Origin: Alteraurantiacibacter sp.
Lineage (GTDB): Bacteria; Pseudomonadota; Alphaproteobacteria; Sphingomonadales; Sphingomonadaceae
NCBI GenBank assembly: GCA_039927835.1
Contig: JBDSUF010000035.1
Coordinates: forward strand, 83,453 to 147,452
Length of the DNA: 64,000 bases
Direction: 5' to 3'
This document shows, piece by piece, positions 54,061 to 63,188 of the stretch (within the stretch, counting starts at the first letter, position 1; every line of letters starts with the position of its first letter). The notes under the pieces were generated by a model. The model was not told the origin of the DNA. It did not search any database and was given only the letters and a program-made list of their open reading frames with translations. Made by a program: the position numbers and the translations under genes.

Positions 54061-54147
54061 TGGTGCCCAGAAGAGGACTCGAACCTCCACGCCCTTGCGA
54101 GCGCCAGCACCTGAAGCTGGTGCGTCTACCAATTCCGCCATCTGGGC
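54061..54147 (-). tRNA. tRNA-Leu(CAG)
   Basis: GCCCAGA...TCTGGGC-ACCA acceptor stem with encoded CCA; anticodon arm CCAGC-TTCAGGT-GCTGG; long variable arm; GTTCGAGTC T-loop. Confidence 0.97.
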
Positions 54148-54374
54148 ACCGGAGCGGCGAGGTCATCGAAGGCCTTGCCGCTAGGTAGGAGCGGGCCACT
54201 AGCTGGGGGCGGGGCGGCTTGTCAACGCGCGAATTGGTGGCAGGTTCGAAAGGCTTGCGCGGAACCTGGGCGACGGACCACGCATTGCCCCATTGCAGCG
54301 CCATGGCCCCTTGTGCAAAGGGCAGGGGAGCAAGCGGGGCGGCGGCCCGGCGCAACGGAAAGCGTGACAAGGCA

Positions 54375-55304
54375 ATGGCGAAAAGTCTGGAAGACCGGCT
54401 GGTGGTGCTGATCGGCGGCAGCGGCTTCGTTGGCCGTCATCTGGCGCAGGAGCTGCTGGCGCAAGGCGCGCGGTTGCGCATTGCCGCGCGCCATCCGGAA
54501 AAGGCGCAAGGCATCAGGCCGCTCGCCAACCTTGGCCAAATGCAGCTGGTCCGCTGCGACGTGACGCGGGCGGCCAGCCTGCGCGCGGCAGTGGCTGGGG
54601 CCGATGCGGTGGTCTATCTGGCGGGCACGTTCGGCGCGGGCCAACAGCAGATTCAGGCCGACGGTGCCGGGCTGGCGGCGCAAGCGGCGGCGGACACCGG
54701 GGCGGAAGCTTTCGTGCTCGTGTCGAGCCTGGCGGCGGATGCTTCGGCCGATGGTGGCTATGCCGCCAGCAAGGGACAGGGCGAGCAGCTGGTGCGCGCG
54801 GCCTTTCCCACCGCCACGATCGTGCGCCCGTCGGTGATCTTCGGTCAGGACGACGAGTTCGTGACCATGTTCGCCGGCCTGATCGGCTCGCTGCCAGTGC
54901 TGCCGGTGTTCGGGCCTGACGCGAAGTTGCAGCCGGTGTTCGTCGACGATGTGGCCTGCGCGATCACCGCCGCACTGGCCGATCCTGCTGTGCATGGCGG
55001 CAAGACTTATGAGCTCGCCGGGCCGCAGGTACTGACAATGCTGGAACTGCACCATGCGATTGCCGCCGCGCAAGGCCGCAGCCGCACGTTCATTCCGATG
55101 CCCGATGCGCTGAGCAGGCTGTTCGCCGCGCTGCCCGGTACGCCGATGACCAGCGACCAATGGGCCATGCTCAAGGCTGGCACGGTGGCCACTGGCATGC
55201 TGCCCGGTATCGCCAAGCTGGGTGTGCAACCGCGCCCGCTGGTGCTGTTCCTCGACAAGTGGATGGTGCGCTTCCGCAAGCATGGAAGATTCTCTATCGC
55301 GTGA
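54375..55304 (+). CDS. NDUFA9-like NAD(P)-binding SDR protein
   Basis: GGSGFVG, YAASK, RPSVIFG, QPVFVDDVA, YELAGP. Confidence 0.85.
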   Translation: MAKSLEDRLVVLIGGSGFVGRHLAQELLAQGARLRIAARHPEKAQGIRPLANLGQMQLVRCDVTRAASLRAAVAGADAVVYLAGTFGAGQQQIQADGAGLAAQAAADTGAEAFVLVSSLAADASADGGYAASKGQGEQLVRAAFPTATIVRPSVIFGQDDEFVTMFAGLIGSLPVLPVFGPDAKLQPVFVDDVACAITAALADPAVHGGKTYELAGPQVLTMLELHHAIAAAQGRSRTFIPMPDALSRLFAALPGTPMTSDQWAMLKAGTVATGMLPGIAKLGVQPRPLVLFLDKWMVRFRKHGRFSIA

Positions 55305-55406
55305 TCGCCCATCCGGGCGATCATCCTCGGTGCTGTTCGCTTCGCCTGCGGCTACGCGGCACCTGCGGGCGGCCGGTCGGCCTTGCGGTCCGCTGGGCGC
55401 GGACCG
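55303..55406. repeat. Nested-hairpin intergenic element (REP-like) between convergent genes
   Basis: Stems GATCGCCC/GGGCGATC, GGTGC/GCACC, GGCCG/CGGCC and CGGTCCGC/GCGGACCG. A 13-mer GGCACCTGCGGGC recurs at 48943-48955. Confidence 0.45.
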
Positions 55407-55430
55407 TTGGTGGCTAAAAGCGTTGGTGCT

Positions 55431-55880
55431 TTAGTTAACTGCTTCGACCAATAACACCGCGCCGTCGCTGCCGGTCACGCGCACCTTGGCTCCGACTGGC
55501 GCGTCGGCGCCGCGCGCGAGCCATTCGCTGTCGCCAAGGTGGACCTTGCCCTGGCCGTCGACGATGGGCTGGGTGACGCGCACCACCTCACCCACCAGCC
55601 GCGCGCCGCGCCGGTTCATCATCGGGTCGGCCTCGGTCACCGGGTGGCGGCGGATGTAATTGCGACCGGTGAACACGGCGGCGATGGCGGCCACGGCGAA
55701 GACCACGATCTGCAGCGGCATGCCGATCGGCAGGACAAAGGCAAGCACGCCGGTGAGCACGGCAGCGCCTGCCAGCCAGATCAGGAACACGCCGGGAACC
55801 AGCATCTCGGCCACGGCCAGCAATAGCCCCAGCCCCAGCCACAGCCAATGCGGCGCCAGGGTGTCGAACCAGTCCATCAC
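55431..55880 (-). CDS. NfeD-like membrane protein (YbbJ type)
   Basis: WLWLGLGLLLAVAEMLVPG N-terminal TM segments; OB-fold GKVHLGDSEW. Confidence 0.88.
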   Translation of the reverse strand: MMDWFDTLAPHWLWLGLGLLLAVAEMLVPGVFLIWLAGAAVLTGVLAFVLPIGMPLQIVVFAVAAIAAVFTGRNYIRRHPVTEADPMMNRRGARLVGEVVRVTQPIVDGQGKVHLGDSEWLARGADAPVGAKVRVTGSDGAVLLVEAVN

Positions 55881-56863
55881 TGGCCCCCGCCAGCAGGCGG
55901 CACGGAAACCGGCGCCGCAGGACGACGCGGCGCGGGTGGCGGCGGCGCGGACGGCCTGTCATCGCCCAGCGCGCCCCGCACCAGCTCGCCGATCCCGCCG
56001 AGCGTGCCGATCAGCTGCGTCGCCTCGACCGGGAACAGGATAGTCTTGGCATTGGGACTGGTGGCGAAGGCGGCGACGGCTTCGGTATATTTCTGGGCGA
56101 TGAAGTAGTTGAGTGCCTGCGAGCCCGAGGCGGCGATTACTTCGGAGACCATTTGCGTTGCCTTGGCTTCGGCTTCGGCCTCACGCTCACGCGCTTCGGC
56201 ATCGCGGAAGGCGGCTTCCCGGCGCCCTTCTGCCTGCAAGATGGCACCCTGCTTTTCACCCTCGGCGCGGAGGATCTCGGCGGCGCGGAAGCCCTCGGCC
56301 TCGAGGATGTTGGCGCGCTTCTCACGCTCGGCCTTCATCTGCCGGGCCATGGCGTTCGAGATGTCGGCGGGCGGGCGGATATCCTTGATCTCGATACGGG
56401 TTATCTTGATGCCCCAGGGGCTGGTGGCATGGTCGATCACGGTCAGCAGCTTGGCATTGATCTCGTCGCGCTTCGACAGCGTCTCGTCGAGGTCCATCGA
56501 GCCCATCACGGTGCGCAGGTTGGTGGTGGTCAGCTGCATAATCGCGACGAACAGGTTGGAGACCTCGTAAGCCGCCTTGCCGGCATCGAGCACCTGGAAG
56601 AACACCACCGCGTCCACGCCGACCATGGCGTTGTCCTTGGTGATGATTTCCTGGCCGGGAATATCCAGCACCTGTTCCATCATGTTGATCTTGTGGCCCA
56701 CCTTGTCCACGAACGGGATGATCAGGTGCAGGCCCGGTTCGGCCGCGAGGGTGAACTTGCCCAGCCGCTCGATGGTATAGACGAACCCCTGGCGCACCAC
56801 GCGCACGCCCATCATCAGGAATACGACCACCAGCAAGACAAGTGCGAGAAGAACGGGTCCCAT
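55877..56863 (-). CDS. SPFH/band-7 protein (QmcA type)
   Basis: ERLGKF, PGQEIITKDNA, MARQMKAERE. Confidence 0.92.
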   Translation of the reverse strand: MGPVLLALVLLVVVFLMMGVRVVRQGFVYTIERLGKFTLAAEPGLHLIIPFVDKVGHKINMMEQVLDIPGQEIITKDNAMVGVDAVVFFQVLDAGKAAYEVSNLFVAIMQLTTTNLRTVMGSMDLDETLSKRDEINAKLLTVIDHATSPWGIKITRIEIKDIRPPADISNAMARQMKAEREKRANILEAEGFRAAEILRAEGEKQGAILQAEGRREAAFRDAEAREREAEAEAKATQMVSEVIAASGSQALNYFIAQKYTEAVAAFATSPNAKTILFPVEATQLIGTLGGIGELVRGALGDDRPSAPPPPAPRRPAAPVSVPPAGGGQ

Positions 56864-56931
56864 AATCAACTACTCCCCCAGGAAGTCGCGCATGGTAACG
56901 CCGGGGCGGGCGGGGGCAAGCGAATCCGGAC

Positions 56932-58245
56932 TTAGTCGACGGCGGCGATGATCCCCGCCAGCTTGCCGACGATCTCGTCGATATGCGCCTTCTCCAGGAT
57001 TAGCGGCGGCGACAGCGCGATGATGTCGCCGGTGGTGCGGATCAACAGCCCTTCGTCGAAAGCGCGGCGGAACACGTCCACCGCGCGCATGGTGGGGGCA
57101 TCGGGGCGCGGTTCCAGCTCGATCCCGCCGATCAGGCCGATTGTGCGGCAATCGATGACATGGCGTGTGCCGCGCAACGAGTGGATCGCATCGGCCCAAT
57201 AGTCCTCGAGCTCGATGGCCTTCTCGAACAGGTTCTCGGCGACATAGAGGTCGAGCGTGGCGATGGCGGCGGCAGAAGCCAGCGGATGGCCCGAATAGGT
57301 GTAACCGTGGAACAGGTGGATGCCGTCGGGACCACTCGCCTCGATAGTATCGTGCACGTGGCGGCTGACGGCGACAGCGCCCATCGGCACGGCGGCGTTG
57401 GTCAGGCCCTTGGCCATGGTGATGATATCGGGGATGACGCCGAACCGTTCGGCGGCGGTGGCCTTGCCCACGCGGCCGAAAGCGGTGATCACCTCGTCGA
57501 AAATCAGCAGCAGGTCGTGCTTGTCGCAGATATCGCGCAGCCGCTGCAGATAGCCCTGCGGCGGAATCAGCACTCCGGTGGAGCCCGCGACCGGTTCGAC
57601 GATCACCGCGGCGATGGTCTCGGCACCGTGCAGTGTGACGATCCGCTCCAGATCATCCGCCAGCTCCGCGCCGTGGAGCGGCAGGCCCCGGCTCCACGCA
57701 TTGCGCGCCAGATCGTGCGTGTGGCGCAGGTGGTCCACGCCGGGCAGCAGCGCGCCGTACTGGCGGCGGTTGCCGACGATGCCGCCGACCGAGATGCCGC
57801 CGAAGCCGACCCCGTGATAGGCCCGCTCGCGCCCGATCAGCCGCGTGCGCCCCGCCTGTCCGCGCGCCTTTTGGTAGGCGAGCGCGATCTTGAGCGCGGT
57901 GTCGACGCTCTCGCTGCCAGAGTTGGTGAAGAACACCTTGTCCAGCCACTGCGGCATCAGCATGGCGAGGCGCGACGCCGCCTCGAACGCCAGCGGGTGG
58001 CCGAGCTGGAATGTCGGCGCGAAATCGAGCGTGCCGGCGGTGTGGCGGATCGCTTCAACAATCGGCGCGCGCGCATGGCCGGCGTTGACGCACCACAGCC
58101 CGCCGGTGGCATCGAGCACCTTGTGCCCATCGGCGGCGGTGTAATGCATCCCCTCCGCCGCCACCAACATGCGCGGCTGCGCCTTGAAGAATCGATTGTC
58201 GGTGAAGGGCATCCAGAATGCCGCGAGATCATTGGGTTCGGTCAC
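56932..58245 (-). CDS. Class III aminotransferase, omega-amino acid:pyruvate type
   Basis: FWMPFT, GLWCVNAGH, FFTNSGSE, FDEVIT, TMAKG (PLP Lys), HGYTYSGHP. Confidence 0.9.
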   Translation of the reverse strand: MTEPNDLAAFWMPFTDNRFFKAQPRMLVAAEGMHYTAADGHKVLDATGGLWCVNAGHARAPIVEAIRHTAGTLDFAPTFQLGHPLAFEAASRLAMLMPQWLDKVFFTNSGSESVDTALKIALAYQKARGQAGRTRLIGRERAYHGVGFGGISVGGIVGNRRQYGALLPGVDHLRHTHDLARNAWSRGLPLHGAELADDLERIVTLHGAETIAAVIVEPVAGSTGVLIPPQGYLQRLRDICDKHDLLLIFDEVITAFGRVGKATAAERFGVIPDIITMAKGLTNAAVPMGAVAVSRHVHDTIEASGPDGIHLFHGYTYSGHPLASAAAIATLDLYVAENLFEKAIELEDYWADAIHSLRGTRHVIDCRTIGLIGGIELEPRPDAPTMRAVDVFRRAFDEGLLIRTTGDIIALSPPLILEKAHIDEIVGKLAGIIAAVD

Positions 58246-58392
58246 GCACAAGCTCCTGCAGCGCCAAGCTCGCAGCCTAGTGCGCTGCGCCCGCCATCGC
58301 CACAAGGTTCGCGCCATGCCCGCCTATCGGAAAAGACGATGACCCTGCTTCGCGTAAATACCATTGGCCTTGCGCGACGCGGCCACGCATAA

Positions 58393-58404
58393 TGCACTGC
58401 ACAA
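58393..58404 (+). promoter_or_regulatory. PhaR-like site TGCACTGCACAA
   Basis: Exact TGCRNYGCASMA match 23 nt upstream of the TorF-family gene. Confidence 0.4.
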
Positions 58405-58427
58405 AACCGAACATGGGGGTTTTCGCG

Positions 58428-59135
58428 ATGACATTGATCCGATTTGCGGCTGTGGCCGCAGGCTTGGCTCTGCTGTTGCCGATGGCGGCGCAGGCGCAGG
58501 ACGCGGCGGAGGAAGAATCCACCGGCGCATGGGAAATCGACGGCGAGCTGGGCGTGTTTTCCGACTATCGCTTCCGCGGCGTATCGCTCAGCGGCAAGGA
58601 CCCCGAAGTCACCGCCGAACTGGCGGTAGCGCATGAATCAGGCTTCTACGTCGGCACCTGGCTGTCAAACGTCGACTTGGGCAGCGGCGCGGACGACCTT
58701 GAGGTTGATCTCTACGCTGGTTTCGCGACCGATTTGGGCGGTTTGTCGGTCGATGTCGGTGGAATCTATTACCTTTATCCCAGCGACGGCTCGCTCGATT
58801 ATATCGAGCTGACCGGCAGCCTCGGCACCACGGTCGGCCCGGCGGACCTGAGCGTGGGCGTGGCCTATGCCCCCAGCCAGGGCGCGCTGGGCAATACGGA
58901 CAACACCTATGTCTACGTTTCAGGCGAAGTGCCGCTGGGCGAGCGCGCTTCGCTCCACGGTACCTTCGGGCTGGAGGACGGCGCCTTTGCCACCAACAAG
59001 AAGGATTGGGCGATCGGCGTCAGCATCGATGTAGGCAGCGGCTTCACCATCAGCGGCGACTATGTTGATACCGCGCACGGCTTCAGCCCGATGGCCGACG
59101 CCACCGCCGTGTTCAGCATCACCAAGTCGTTCTAG
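58428..59135 (+). CDS. TorF-family putative outer-membrane porin
   Basis: Signal peptide (AQA), SDYRFRGVS motif, EVDLYAG, alternating beta-strands, C-terminal Phe. Confidence 0.82.
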   Translation: MTLIRFAAVAAGLALLLPMAAQAQDAAEEESTGAWEIDGELGVFSDYRFRGVSLSGKDPEVTAELAVAHESGFYVGTWLSNVDLGSGADDLEVDLYAGFATDLGGLSVDVGGIYYLYPSDGSLDYIELTGSLGTTVGPADLSVGVAYAPSQGALGNTDNTYVYVSGEVPLGERASLHGTFGLEDGAFATNKKDWAIGVSIDVGSGFTISGDYVDTAHGFSPMADATAVFSITKSF

Positions 59136-59143
59136 GCTGGTCA

Positions 59144-59166
59144 GGGGCGGCCACCCCGGTCGCCCC
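59144..59166 (+). other. GC-rich stem-loop between the porin and glutamine-synthetase-like genes
   Basis: GGGGCGGCC-ACCCC-GGTCGCCCC with no U-tract; possibly an mRNA-stabilising or attenuating hairpin. Confidence 0.4.
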
Positions 59167-59197
59167 CCGCCTGCTCCGCACAGCAACGAGACCCGCA

Positions 59198-60547
59198 ATG
59201 GCCACCGATATTGCAGCCTGGATCAAGGATCGCGGCATTGCCGAGGTGGAGTGCATTATCCCCGACATGAACGGGATCCAGCGCGGCAAGGTGCTGCCCG
59301 CGGCCAAGTTCCTGAAAAGCATTGCTGACCGCACGCTGCGCATCCCCGGCAGCGTGTTTACGGTCACGGTGACCGGCGACTATCCCGAGGATGTCGGCCA
59401 CGTGGTCCCGGCCACCGACCCGGACGTGGTGCTGGTGCCCGATGCCGCCACCTTGCGTGAAGCGCCGGGGTTCAGCACGCCGACCGCCTATGTCATCGCC
59501 GATGCCTTTACCTCTACCGGATTGCCGGTGGCGATCGCCCCGCGCCATATCCTCAAGAAAGTGCTCGACCTCTACGCCAAGCGCGGCTGGCGCCCGGTGA
59601 TCGCGCCGGAGCTGGAATTCTACCTCGTCTCGAAGAACCTCGACGCCGATTTCCCGCTGGTCCCGCCGACCGGCCGATCGGGGCGCGCCGAGACCGGCAG
59701 CCAGCCTTACGGCCTCGAGGCTTTGAGCGAGTTCGAGGACATCATCGAGCAGGTCTATGACTGGTGCGAGAAGGCCGGGCTCAACATCGATACGATGATC
59801 CACGAAAGTGGCGCGGCGCAGCTTGAGGTCAACTTCGTCCACGGCGACCCGCTGGCGCTGGCCGACGAGTCGATGCTGTTTAAGCGGATCGTGCGGCAAG
59901 TGGCGCTGGAACACGGCGTCTATGCCACCTTCATGGCCAAGCCGATGAGCGACCAGCCGGGCAGCGCCATGCACATTCACCAGTCGGTGTTGGATGCTGA
60001 GACCGGGCGTAACGTGTTCTCGACCACCAGCGGCAAGGATAGCGCGCTGTTCCGCAGCTATATCGCGGGCCTCGTCCGGCTGTTGCCGCAAACCTGTCCG
60101 CTGTTCGCGCCCAATGTGAACTCGTTCCGGCGGATGCGGCCCGATACCGATGCGCCGATCAACGTCCAGTGGGGCAGCGACAACCGCAGCTGCGGGCTGC
60201 GCATTCCCATTTCGGATTCGAAGAACCGGCGCATCGAGAACCGCCTGCCGGGAGCCGATTCCAACCCTTACCTGGCCATCGCCGCCTCGCTGATCTGCGG
60301 GTACATCGGCATGGTCGAGCGGATGCAGCCGCCCAAGCCGATCACCGGCAACGCCTACAACCGCGCGCGCACCTTGCCGCGCAGCCTTGAAGGCGCGCTC
60401 GACCGGTTCAGCCATTGCAAGATCGTGCGCGAATACCTGGGGGCCGATTTCTTCGAGGTGTTCTACGCGATCAAGGACACCGAACTCTATGCCTACCAGT
60501 CGGTGATCAGCTCGTGGGAGCGCGAGCACCTGCTGCTGAAGGTGTGA
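59198..60547 (+). CDS. Glutamine-synthetase-like gamma-glutamylamine ligase (PuuA/PauA type)
   Basis: ELEFYL, HESGAAQLE, KPMSDQPGSAMHIH, NSFRR, DNRS, IENRLPGADSNPYL. Confidence 0.88.
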   Translation: MATDIAAWIKDRGIAEVECIIPDMNGIQRGKVLPAAKFLKSIADRTLRIPGSVFTVTVTGDYPEDVGHVVPATDPDVVLVPDAATLREAPGFSTPTAYVIADAFTSTGLPVAIAPRHILKKVLDLYAKRGWRPVIAPELEFYLVSKNLDADFPLVPPTGRSGRAETGSQPYGLEALSEFEDIIEQVYDWCEKAGLNIDTMIHESGAAQLEVNFVHGDPLALADESMLFKRIVRQVALEHGVYATFMAKPMSDQPGSAMHIHQSVLDAETGRNVFSTTSGKDSALFRSYIAGLVRLLPQTCPLFAPNVNSFRRMRPDTDAPINVQWGSDNRSCGLRIPISDSKNRRIENRLPGADSNPYLAIAASLICGYIGMVERMQPPKPITGNAYNRARTLPRSLEGALDRFSHCKIVREYLGADFFEVFYAIKDTELYAYQSVISSWEREHLLLKV

Positions 60548-61821
60548 CCGTGGCGCTCTATCCGCCGACTTACTACGCGGCGAGCGCCAATGCCTTCGCC
60601 TGCCAGCCGGTGCTGGAAGGCGAGGTGACGGCCGATGTGGTGGTGGTCGGCGGTGGCTACACCGGGCTGTCGGCAGCGCTGCATGCGGCAGAAGCGGGGC
60701 TGGAAGTTGTCCTGCTCGAAGCGCGGCGGATCGGCTGGGGTGCCTCGGGGCGCAACGGCGGGCAGATGATCCCCGGCCTGCGCTGGGGTGCCAAGGATCT
60801 GGTGGCCACGTTCGGCGAGGCGCGAGCGCGCGACCTGCTGCTGCTGGCGAACTCTGCCGGGGACGCGGTGCGCGGACGGATCGCGCGGCATGGCATAGCC
60901 TGCGATTTGCGTGGCGGCCATTTCCTCGCTGCGGTGAAGCCATCGCACCTTGCAGACATGAAGCGCGAGCTCGACCTGCTGCAGCGGCTGGTCGGCTATG
61001 ACAGCGCGCGCATCGTCGAGCGGGGCGAGCTGGGCGATTACGTGGCCAGCGCCAGCTATCATGGCGGGGTTTACGATGCGGCGGGCGGGCACCTGCACCC
61101 GCTCAATTATGCGCTGGGGCTGGCCGAGGCGGCGCTGGCGGCGGGGGTGCGGATCTTCGAAGACAGCGCGGTGACATCGATCTTGCACGGCGATCCGGTC
61201 GTTGCCTTGACCGGGAATGGCAGGGTGACCGCGCGCTTCGCCGTGCTGGCGACCGATACCGAGATCGGTGAGCTTGACGACAAGCTGGGCCGGATGGCGA
61301 TGCCGGTGGCCAACTACAATGTCGCCACCGCGAAGCTTGATGCCGATCTGGCGCACTCGCTGATCCCCGGCGGTGCAGCGGTGGCGGACAGCCGCTTCGT
61401 GCTCAACTACTACCGCCTCAGCGCCGATAACCGGCTGATTTTCGGCGGCGGCGAGCGCTATTCGTCGCACCCGCCGCAGGACGTGGCGGGCTTCGTGCGG
61501 CCCTATCTCGAGAAGGTTTTTCCGCAGCTCGCCGGAGTGCAGATCGACTATGCCTGGGGCGGCATGGTCGGCGTATCGCGCAACCGCCTGCCGCGCATCG
61601 GGCGGGAGGGCAACGTGTTCCACGCGCACGGCTGGTCTGGCCACGGCGTGCTGCTGACCACCTTGGCGGGCGAGTTGATCGCCGAGGCCATGGCGGACGA
61701 GGGCAAGCGGTTCGACCTGCTGGCTGGCCTGCCCGGCAAGCCGTTCCCCGGTGGGCCGCTGTTGCGCCATCCACTCTATGTGCTGGGCATGCTGTGGTTT
61801 GCCCTGAAGGACCGAATGTGA
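60544..61821 (+). CDS. FAD-dependent oxidoreductase (PuuB-like gamma-glutamylamine oxidase)
   Basis: TYYAAS, VGGGYTG, GASGRNGGQ, HPLNYALG, YYRLSAD, GWSGHG. Confidence 0.88.
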   Translation: MTVALYPPTYYAASANAFACQPVLEGEVTADVVVVGGGYTGLSAALHAAEAGLEVVLLEARRIGWGASGRNGGQMIPGLRWGAKDLVATFGEARARDLLLLANSAGDAVRGRIARHGIACDLRGGHFLAAVKPSHLADMKRELDLLQRLVGYDSARIVERGELGDYVASASYHGGVYDAAGGHLHPLNYALGLAEAALAAGVRIFEDSAVTSILHGDPVVALTGNGRVTARFAVLATDTEIGELDDKLGRMAMPVANYNVATAKLDADLAHSLIPGGAAVADSRFVLNYYRLSADNRLIFGGGERYSSHPPQDVAGFVRPYLEKVFPQLAGVQIDYAWGGMVGVSRNRLPRIGREGNVFHAHGWSGHGVLLTTLAGELIAEAMADEGKRFDLLAGLPGKPFPGGPLLRHPLYVLGMLWFALKDRM

Positions 61822-63188
61822 CTGGACCGAATATGATCACAGATGCCGCCATTACCGCGATGATCGCCGCCGAACGCGAGCGATTTGCCGCCGCCAACCC
61901 GCGCTCGGCCGAACTGGCGCACGCCGCCGCGCGTCACTGGCATCGCGGGGTGCCGTTCCACTGGATGCTCGACTGGGGCACGCCGTTCCCGCTGTTCGTC
62001 GATCGCGCGCAGGGCGCCGAGCTGTGGGACGTCGACGGCCATCGGTATGACGATTTCTGCCTCGGCGACACCGGCGCGATGTTCGGCCATTCGCCCGCCC
62101 CCGTGGCCGAGGCGGTGGCGCGGCAGGCGGGACGCGGCCTCACCTTCATGTTGCCGACCGAGGATGCTGCCGTGGTGGCGGATGAGCTGGCAGCGCGCTT
62201 CGGCCTGCCGTTCTGGCAAGTCACCTCCAGCGCCAGCGAGGCCAACCGCGCGGTGATCCGCTGGTGCCGGGGGATCACCGGACGCGCGAAGATTCTGGTG
62301 TTCAACGGCTGCTATCACGGCGCGGTGGACGATGTTTTCGTCGACCTTGATGCCGGTCAGCCCCGTCTGCGGGCCTCTCTGGTCGGCCAGGTCTACGATG
62401 TGCGGCAGCATACCACGGTCATAGAATTCAACGATATCAATGCGCTGGAAGTCGAACTTGCCAAAGGCGACGTGGCTTGCGTGCTGACCGAACCGGCGCT
62501 GACCAATGTCGGCATGGTGCTGCCCGATCCCGGTTATCTCGAGGCCATGCGCGATCTGTGCACCCGCCACGGCACGCTGCTGGTGTTTGACGAAACCCAC
62601 ACGATTTCCACGGGTTACGGCGGCCACTCCATGACCCACGGCCCCATGCCGGACCTGTTCGTGCTCGGCAAACCCGTCGCGGGCGGCGTGCCCTGCGCGG
62701 TGTTCGGCTTCACGACCGAAGTGGCCGATCAGATGGAACGACAAAGAGCCAAAGGAGAGACCGGCCACTCGGGCATCGGCACCACGTTGTCGGCCAATGC
62801 CCTCGCGCTGGCGGCGATGCGGGCCTGCCTCACGCAAGTGATGACCGCCGAGGCCTATGCCCACATGCTCCCTCTGGCCGCGACGCTGGCGGACGGCTTG
62901 CGCGCGGTGATCGCCAGCCACGGCCTCCGCTGGCACGTCACCCACGTCGGCGCGCGCGGAGAGTTCATCTGCGCCGACACGCCCCCGCGCAATGGCACCG
63001 AGGCCCGCGCCGCGATGCACGGGGCGCTGGAGCATGCGCTGCACTTGTACCTGATCAATCGCGGGGTGCTTATTGCCCCGTTCCACAACATGACGCTGGT
63101 CAGCCCGGCCACCACCCAAACGCAGGTGGAGCGGCTCGCCAGCGTGCTCGATCTCTGCCTCAAGACCCTGATTGGACCTGCCCGATGA
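61818..63188 (+). CDS. Class III aminotransferase, glutamate-1-semialdehyde aminomutase-like
   Basis: GVPFHWM, DDFCLG, SSASEAN, FDETHT, VLGKP (PLP Lys), GTTLSAN. Confidence 0.85.
   Translation: MTGPNMITDAAITAMIAAERERFAAANPRSAELAHAAARHWHRGVPFHWMLDWGTPFPLFVDRAQGAELWDVDGHRYDDFCLGDTGAMFGHSPAPVAEAVARQAGRGLTFMLPTEDAAVVADELAARFGLPFWQVTSSASEANRAVIRWCRGITGRAKILVFNGCYHGAVDDVFVDLDAGQPRLRASLVGQVYDVRQHTTVIEFNDINALEVELAKGDVACVLTEPALTNVGMVLPDPGYLEAMRDLCTRHGTLLVFDETHTISTGYGGHSMTHGPMPDLFVLGKPVAGGVPCAVFGFTTEVADQMERQRAKGETGHSGIGTTLSANALALAAMRACLTQVMTAEAYAHMLPLAATLADGLRAVIASHGLRWHVTHVGARGEFICADTPPRNGTEARAAMHGALEHALHLYLINRGVLIAPFHNMTLVSPATTQTQVERLASVLDLCLKTLIGPAR

Noticed and set aside
54061-54085. attL/attR duplication of the tRNA-Leu 3' end, i.e. 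an active integrative element
   Set aside because: Only a 10-nt chance match (TGGTGCCCAG near 6879, inside a CDS) was seen, and no integrase is in the window.
58301-58316. Sigma-54 promoter for the omega-aminotransferase (TGGCGC-N5-TTGT, minus strand)
   Set aside because: The conserved -12 GC is GT; a single weak match is not enough support.
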